Shown here piece by piece: positions 58,185-64,000 of a stretch of 64,000 nt of DNA. Source of the DNA: Patescibacteria group bacterium (GTDB lineage: Bacteria > Patescibacteriota > Microgenomatia > Levybacterales > UBA12049). A program made the position numbers and the translations under genes. The number at the start of each line of letters is the position of its first letter. The stretch's first letter is position 1. Under the pieces are notes generated by a model that saw nothing but the letters and a program-made list of their open reading frames with translations, was not told the DNA's origin and ran no database searches. The stretch spans positions 1,000-64,999 of the forward strand of contig JAMCZC010000002.1 in NCBI GenBank assembly GCA_023485865.1, in the 5' to 3' direction.

Positions 58185-59003
58185 ATGGAAGAATTTAACG
58201 TTAATGATTTAAAGAAACTTTATGTCCCGGTAAAGGATTCTCATAAAGGACAAAACGGAAAGTTGATGGTTATCGGCGGATCAGTTCTTTTCCACGCCGC
58301 ATCGCTTTGGGCGTTGAATATTGCATCGCGAATTGTCGATATGGTGTTTTATTCTTCGGTTGATTCGAATAACGAAATTGTTCAGAAAGAAAAGCAGGAA
58401 TTTAGAGACGGAATCATTGTTCCAAGAGATAAAATTGAGCATTATATTGACGAAGCGGACGCTATTTTAATCGGTCCCGGCCTTCCCAGAGAAGAGGGAG
58501 TTGAAAAAGGAGACGACGATACAAAACTCCTTACGGAAAGTCTTCTTCAAAAATATCCCCAAAAAAAGTGGGTTATAGACGGAGGGTCTTTGCAGGTAAT
58601 AAATCCTGAAGTTTTGCCAGAAACAACAATAATAACTCCTCACAAAAAAGAGTTTGAAACCCTTTTTTCTTTAGAGCCTGCATTTGACAATGCTGAAAAA
58701 ATGGCGCAAAAATATAACATAACGATACTTTTAAAAGGAAAAGAGGACATTATCTGTAATGATAAAAAATCAATTATCATTAAGGGAGGAAATCAGGGCA
58801 TGACAAAAGGTGGAACAGGCGATGTTTTGGCAGGTTTGGTGGCAGCCTTATATTGCAAAAACGATGCATTTCTATCAGCAAAATGCGCTTCTTTTATTAA
58901 CAAAAAAGCAGGAGGGGAACTTTACAAAACTATGGGGCTATACTATAATGCCTCCGATTTAGCTTTAGAAATACCAAAAGTTATGAAGAAATTTATTTTA
59001 TAA
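58185..59003 (+). CDS. nnrD: ADP/ATP-dependent NAD(P)H-hydrate dehydratase
   Basis: SHKGQNG, IGPGL, ITPH, GGTGDVLAG. Confidence 0.88.
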   Translation: MEEFNVNDLKKLYVPVKDSHKGQNGKLMVIGGSVLFHAASLWALNIASRIVDMVFYSSVDSNNEIVQKEKQEFRDGIIVPRDKIEHYIDEADAILIGPGLPREEGVEKGDDDTKLLTESLLQKYPQKKWVIDGGSLQVINPEVLPETTIITPHKKEFETLFSLEPAFDNAEKMAQKYNITILLKGKEDIICNDKKSIIIKGGNQGMTKGGTGDVLAGLVAALYCKNDAFLSAKCASFINKKAGGELYKTMGLYYNASDLALEIPKVMKKFIL

Positions 59004-59021
59004 AGAAAGGAGGAGAATGAT

Positions 59022-59258
59022 ATGAGAGCGCGATGTGAATTACCTAGCGACCCTGCATTACTAGAATCTATACAGATTTGTCACGAAAGGGGAAGGGGAA
59101 GGGTTTATACCGCTGGCTTAGATCCAGAGGTTTTTGCTGACAGACAAATTTTGGGACATGAAAGACATACAAACGGAGCAGTAGAGGCACAGCGTCAAGA
59201 CTTAGATTATCACGGTGGATCAAGCACAGTAGATATAGTAGACAGCTTGGATTTGTAA
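59022..59258 (+). CDS. Small hypothetical protein
   Basis: Strong SD (AGGAGGAG) upstream; 78 aa. Confidence 0.45.
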   Translation: MRARCELPSDPALLESIQICHERGRGRVYTAGLDPEVFADRQILGHERHTNGAVEAQRQDLDYHGGSSTVDIVDSLDL

Positions 59259-59260
59259 AT

Positions 59261-59536
59261 TTATTCATTAATTTTTTCGCTAAGTTTTGAAAGTTGGTAA
59301 GTAACAAACACTGCCAATGCAGTTATCGCTACGGCATAAATCAGAAGAGAAATTATTCCGCTATTTGCAGGAAGCCACTTTTTAACGTAAGAATTTACAA
59401 ACTCCTGAATAAGACTGTTCCACGCTAAAGCCGCGACTAAACCAAAACCGCTTGTTGCAAGGGTTAGCATCTGTCTTATAAGTTCAATATGTAATTTCTT
59501 ATCAGCGACTGTTTCTTTTCGGGAATTCTTCGGCAT
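59261..59536 (-). CDS. DUF5654 family membrane protein
   Basis: TSGFGLVAALAWN motif. Confidence 0.8.
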   Translation of the reverse strand: MPKNSRKETVADKKLHIELIRQMLTLATSGFGLVAALAWNSLIQEFVNSYVKKWLPANSGIISLLIYAVAITALAVFVTYQLSKLSEKINE

Positions 59537-59640
59537 ATATTTGATATAATACAAGATAGAAAGTCAAAATTCAAAGGTTAAAACTCAAAAGTTTAAGTAA
59601 AAGGTCAAAAGTTTTTAATTTTGCCTTTTAACTTTTTATT

Positions 59641-60717
59641 ATGTATCAGCCCAAATTTACCATTACCAATAAAATCCTCAAAAATATCGGCAGTATTGAA
59701 GCCTCAAAAGAAATAATCGATAAAGCTCCGCTTTTACCTTACTACGAAAAAGAATTCAGGCAAGACGCAATTGTCAGAAGTGTTCACTTTGGAACGCACA
59801 TTGAGGGAAACGAGCTTAATCTTTCGCAGGCTGAAAAAGTTTTGGAGGGAGTAGAGATTGCCGCCAGAGAAAGAGATATCCAGGAAGTTATTAATTACCG
59901 GAAAGTAATGGAGTATATAGGAGAATCTAGGATTCAGAATTCCCCAGCCTCGACAAGCGAAGCGGGGCGGGCAGAATTTAAAATAGACGAAGAATTAATA
60001 AAACATCTTCACAAGCTTACTGTTAATAAAATTCTGGAGCCTGAAAAGTGCGGAATTTTTAGAAAAACACAGGTTGTGGTTAAAAATAGCCTTACGGGTG
60101 AAGTTTCGTTTAAACCGCCGATGGCGGTTGCGGTGCCTTTTCAAATTAAAGATTTGCTTTTATTTATTAACACTCCGTCCGAAATCCACCCGGTTTTAAA
60201 AGGGGGGATAGTCCATTACGAATTAGTCAGAATCCATCCCTTTTTGGATGGCAACGGAAGGGTTGCCAGGGTACTTTCAACCTTAATCTTGTTTCAGGAA
60301 GGCTATGATATTAGAAAATTTTTCTCTTTGGAAGAATACTTTGACTCCGACGCCGGAGCATATTATGATGCTTTGCAAAGCGTTTCCAAAAGTGAAGGGG
60401 ATTTGACGGGTTGGCTTGAGTATTTTTCCCTGGGGCTTTCTATAGAGCTTTCCAAAATAAAAGAGAAGGTGGAAAATATTTCAATTGACGCAAAATTAAA
60501 GGAAAAATTGGGGGGAAAACCGCTGCTTTTATCAAATAGACAGTTAAGAATAATTGAATATATTCAGAAAACGGGGTTTTTGCAAAATCAAGCTTTCGGA
60601 AGTCTTTTTCCAATGGTTTCCGAAGATACGATTTTAAACGAATTAAAATCTCTGGTTGCTTCGGGAATTGTAAAAAAACACGGAGTTACCAAAGGCGCGA
60701 AGTACATTATGGCCTAA
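59641..60717 (+). CDS. Fic family protein with C-terminal HTH
   Basis: THIEGN, HPFLDGNGRVAR. Confidence 0.93.
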   Translation: MYQPKFTITNKILKNIGSIEASKEIIDKAPLLPYYEKEFRQDAIVRSVHFGTHIEGNELNLSQAEKVLEGVEIAARERDIQEVINYRKVMEYIGESRIQNSPASTSEAGRAEFKIDEELIKHLHKLTVNKILEPEKCGIFRKTQVVVKNSLTGEVSFKPPMAVAVPFQIKDLLLFINTPSEIHPVLKGGIVHYELVRIHPFLDGNGRVARVLSTLILFQEGYDIRKFFSLEEYFDSDAGAYYDALQSVSKSEGDLTGWLEYFSLGLSIELSKIKEKVENISIDAKLKEKLGGKPLLLSNRQLRIIEYIQKTGFLQNQAFGSLFPMVSEDTILNELKSLVASGIVKKHGVTKGAKYIMA

Positions 60718-60762
60718 AGGCCAATAATTAATGATAAATGATTAAGGATTAATGAATAAAAT

Positions 60763-62499
60763 ATGAAGTATAAAGACTTATCAGAATATTTTGAAAAATT
60801 GGAATATACGTCATCCCGTTTGGTGTTGATAGAAATTCTCTCGGAACTATTCAAAGAAACGCCAGGCAGTGAAATTGAAAAAATAGTTTATCTATTACAA
60901 GGAAGGCTGTCGCCTTTTTTTGTACAGGTTGAAATCGGGATGGCGGAAAAAACAGTTGCTCAATCAATTGCCAATGCTTATGGCTCAACAAGAGAGGAAG
61001 TTCTAAAACTTTATCAAAGGTTTGGGGATATGGGATTAGTCGCAGAGCGACTAAATATCAAATATAAAATATCAAATATAAAATATCCAATAGACGTTGA
61101 TGAGGCGTTCAATACTCTTACAGAGATTGCCAATACCAAAGGCGAAGGAACTGTGGAAAAAAGGCAAAAACTTTTATCGGATTTGCTGCAAAAACTCGAC
61201 CCTATTTCCGCAAAACATCTGGTTAGAATTCCTTTAGGCAATACGCGCCTGGGGATTGGTGACCCGACAGTTTTAGACGCCTTAGCAACTGCAAAATTGG
61301 GAGATAAAAGCAACAGAAAACTTTTAGAAGGCGCTTATAATAGAACTTCGGATTTGGGTTTAATCGCAAAGACTTTATGGGAAAAGGGATTAACAGGCGT
61401 TGAAAAACTGCAAGTAAGGGTTGGTGCGCCTATACGTTCGGAATTATGTGAAAGGCTTCCGACTCCTGAAAAAGTAATAGAGAAAATGGAAGAAGTTGAT
61501 GTCCAGTATAAATACGACGGATTTAGAGTTCAAATCCATAAAAAAGGCGACGAAATTAGAATGTTTTCCAGAAACTTGGAAGAAATGACGCATATGTTTC
61601 CCGAGCTTACCAAAGCCGCAAAGAAGCAAATTAAAGCCGATTCGGTAATTTTGGATTCGGAAGCGCTGGCTTATAATCCGCAGTCCGAGGAGTTTTTGCC
61701 TTTCCAGGAAACAACCAAAAGAAGAAGAAAGCACGGTATTGAGGAAATGGCGGGGAAGCTTCCTCTAAAAGCTTTTGTTTTTGACATTTTGTATAAAAAC
61801 GGAAAACAGCTTTTAGACGAACCGCTTAAAAAAAGAATGGAGATTTTGTCTTCAACAATTGCAGAAGACGGCGTTTTAATCAGAACGAAAAACCAGACCG
61901 TAAGGGATGCAAAAACTTTGGGAATTTTGTTGGAGGACGCTATTTCAAAAGGTCTGGAGGGGTTAGTTGTAAAGCGCTTGAAAAGCCCGTACGAAGCCGG
62001 TGGGCGCAACTTTAATTGGGTTAAGCTGAAAAGACACAGTAGCGGCGAATTAAGCGATACAATTGATTGTGTCATTTTGGGATACATTACGGGAAAAGGT
62101 AAGAGAGCGGAGTTCGGAGCAGGAGCATTATTGGTTGGTGTTTACGACGACAAAAAAGACGAATTTGTTACCGTTTCTAAAATCGGCACCGGTCTTACGG
62201 ATGAAGAGTGGAGAGAAGTCCATAAGAGAGCAGACAGAATAAAACTTGATCACAAACCTGCAAGAGTTAACTCACAAATTATTCCTTCGGTTTGGATAAA
62301 ACCGGAAATTGTTATTGAGGTTTTGGCAGACGAAATAACGAGAAGTCCTATTCATACGGCAGGAAAAACAGATGGAGAGCCGGGGTACGCACTTAGATTT
62401 CCGCGTTTAGTATCTTTCAGGAGTTTAGACAAAAAGGCCGAAGACGCAACTTCGGTTTCCGAATTAATAGAAATGTACAAACAGCAGGGCCGAGTCTGA
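60763..62499 (+). CDS. lig: ATP-dependent DNA ligase (archaeal/eukaryotic LigI type)
   Basis: KYDG, EGLVVK, WVKLK, KIGTGLTD, LRFPR; N-terminal DNA-binding domain. Confidence 0.93.
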   Translation: MKYKDLSEYFEKLEYTSSRLVLIEILSELFKETPGSEIEKIVYLLQGRLSPFFVQVEIGMAEKTVAQSIANAYGSTREEVLKLYQRFGDMGLVAERLNIKYKISNIKYPIDVDEAFNTLTEIANTKGEGTVEKRQKLLSDLLQKLDPISAKHLVRIPLGNTRLGIGDPTVLDALATAKLGDKSNRKLLEGAYNRTSDLGLIAKTLWEKGLTGVEKLQVRVGAPIRSELCERLPTPEKVIEKMEEVDVQYKYDGFRVQIHKKGDEIRMFSRNLEEMTHMFPELTKAAKKQIKADSVILDSEALAYNPQSEEFLPFQETTKRRRKHGIEEMAGKLPLKAFVFDILYKNGKQLLDEPLKKRMEILSSTIAEDGVLIRTKNQTVRDAKTLGILLEDAISKGLEGLVVKRLKSPYEAGGRNFNWVKLKRHSSGELSDTIDCVILGYITGKGKRAEFGAGALLVGVYDDKKDEFVTVSKIGTGLTDEEWREVHKRADRIKLDHKPARVNSQIIPSVWIKPEIVIEVLADEITRSPIHTAGKTDGEPGYALRFPRLVSFRSLDKKAEDATSVSELIEMYKQQGRV

Positions 62500-62518
62500 C
62501 TCGGCAGGGGAAATAAGT

Positions 62519-63931
62519 ATGGAATACGTAGCGGATCTTCATTTACACTCAAAATATTCAAGAGCAGTCTCCCGCGATATGGTTTTGCCGACAATGGCTT
62601 TATGGGCCAAGAAAAAAGGAATTAATATTCTTTCAACCGGAGACTTTACTCATCCGTTATGGTTTAGAGAAATAAAAGATCAGCTTGAAGAGGCGAGCGA
62701 AGGCCTCTTTAAACTCAAATCAGCAATCAGCAACCCGCCAGCTGGCGAGGCAGGTCAGCAATCAGCAATCAGCAAGGATCTGTTGTTTTTATTATCGGTT
62801 GAGATTTCCAGTATTTATTCGCAAGGCGGAAGAGGGCATAGGATACATAATCTGGTTTTTGCACCGAGTTTTGAAACAGCGGAAAAAATAAACAAGGAGC
62901 TTGTCAAAAGAGGGTCTAACTTAGCTTCGGATGGGCGTCCGATAATAGGACTTTCTTCAATTCAACTATTAGAGCTTATTCTCTCTATTGATAAAAACGC
63001 GATTCTTATTCCTTGCCATGCCTGGACGCCGTGGTTTTCTTTATATGGTTCAAGCTCGGGCTTTGATTCAATAGACGAGGCTTTCGGAGGTTATGCAAAA
63101 TATATTTATGGGGTTGAAACCGGTCTTTCAAGCGATCCTTATATGAATTGGCAAATTCCCGAGCTTGAAAAGCGTTCGATTTTATCTTTTTCCGATGCCC
63201 ATTCTCCAATGAAAATGGGAAGAGAAGCGACCGTCTTTGTCCGCAAAGACGGAATTTCCAATTCTCAATTTCCAATTTCCAATGACGATAAGATTTCATA
63301 TCAAGATATAATATCAGCCATAAAAAAAGAAGAATCGGCAAAATTCAAAATTGGATACACAATAGAATTTTATCCGGAAGAGGGAAAGTATCACTACAAT
63401 GGACACAGGAATTGTCAGGTTGTGCAAACACCTGGCGAAACAAAAGAAAAAGGGGCAATTTGTCCTGTCTGCCACCGCCCGCTAACGGTTGGCGTAATGC
63501 ATAGAGTTGAGGAACTGGCAAAAGGAAATGATTGGTTCGGGAACGAAACAATAAAGTCGAATGCAAACGGAGTCAAGTGGATTCTGGACGAAAACGGTAA
63601 ACATCCGCCTTTTGTAAAACTTGTGCAGCTTATTCAAATTATTGCTGAAAGCCTTTCTTCGACGGTATCAAGCCTTAAAGTCATAAACGCGTACGACGAG
63701 CTTTGTTTGAAATTCGGTTCGGAACTTACGGTTTTATTAAAAACTCCGGTTGATGAAATAAAAAAAGAAGCGGGGGAAAAAATTGCGGAAGGCATAGACA
63801 AAGTCAGAAAAGGAGACATAGTTATATTACCCGGATTTGACGGTCAGTATGGAATTGTAAAAATCTGGGATGATAAGAAAGTTTCCGAAAAGCAAACGAA
63901 TCTAGTTAGCCAACTCGGTATTGATTTTTAA
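62519..63931 (+). CDS. Endonuclease Q family / PHP-domain protein
   Basis: DLHLHSKYSRA, TGDFTHP, GLSSDP, SDAHS, GKYHYNGHR, CPVC, PGFDGQYG. Confidence 0.85.
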   Translation: MEYVADLHLHSKYSRAVSRDMVLPTMALWAKKKGINILSTGDFTHPLWFREIKDQLEEASEGLFKLKSAISNPPAGEAGQQSAISKDLLFLLSVEISSIYSQGGRGHRIHNLVFAPSFETAEKINKELVKRGSNLASDGRPIIGLSSIQLLELILSIDKNAILIPCHAWTPWFSLYGSSSGFDSIDEAFGGYAKYIYGVETGLSSDPYMNWQIPELEKRSILSFSDAHSPMKMGREATVFVRKDGISNSQFPISNDDKISYQDIISAIKKEESAKFKIGYTIEFYPEEGKYHYNGHRNCQVVQTPGETKEKGAICPVCHRPLTVGVMHRVEELAKGNDWFGNETIKSNANGVKWILDENGKHPPFVKLVQLIQIIAESLSSTVSSLKVINAYDELCLKFGSELTVLLKTPVDEIKKEAGEKIAEGIDKVRKGDIVILPGFDGQYGIVKIWDDKKVSEKQTNLVSQLGIDF

Positions 63932-64000
63932 TCGTGGTTGGTTTACTATCAATTTATAAGGAACCCGCCTAAGTTTTCCGTTCGAACCCGTCAGACGGGT

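Noticed and set aside
1-64000. Alternative genetic code (UGA read as Gly)
   Set aside because: Core genes are full length under code 11 and several end in TGA

Overview
A 64-kb, AT-rich, gene-dense bacterial chromosome segment. Gene content suggests Patescibacteria/CPR, probably Microgenomates (inferred from VirB2-like pilins, VirB4/VirD4-like and VirB6-like proteins, DUF5667/5654-type genes and archaeal-type PyrH, Cmk and ATP-dependent ligase). The backbone is housekeeping: pgk, gap, rpiB, rpe, two class A PBPs, nrdR-nrdJ-pduO, murD, tgt, trpS, ftsH, mutM, pyrH, recF, nnrD, smpB/ssrA and eight tRNA genes. The main unexplained structure is a layer of tiny repetitive DNA. (i) 7-bp tandem arrays flank two four-helix-bundle (IVP/bAvd-like) genes as inverted arms, occur as empty hairpins in front of many genes, and are translated in-frame inside about 9 proteins. 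(ii) GC-rich REP-like palindromes are inserted in-frame in murD, tgt, recF, fic, endoQ and others, often nested in the heptamer arrays. (iii) A CCCGTTA-ended MITE has rewired the smpB start. Other highlights are a 192-nt group I intron in an atypical tRNA-fMet, tRNA-Ile(UAU), tRNA-Arg(GCG), a minimal cobalamin riboswitch candidate ahead of an unknown gene, and duplicated 3' ends of pgk and tgt that look like transformation scars carrying accessory cargo. All calls were made by eye; no database searches were run.
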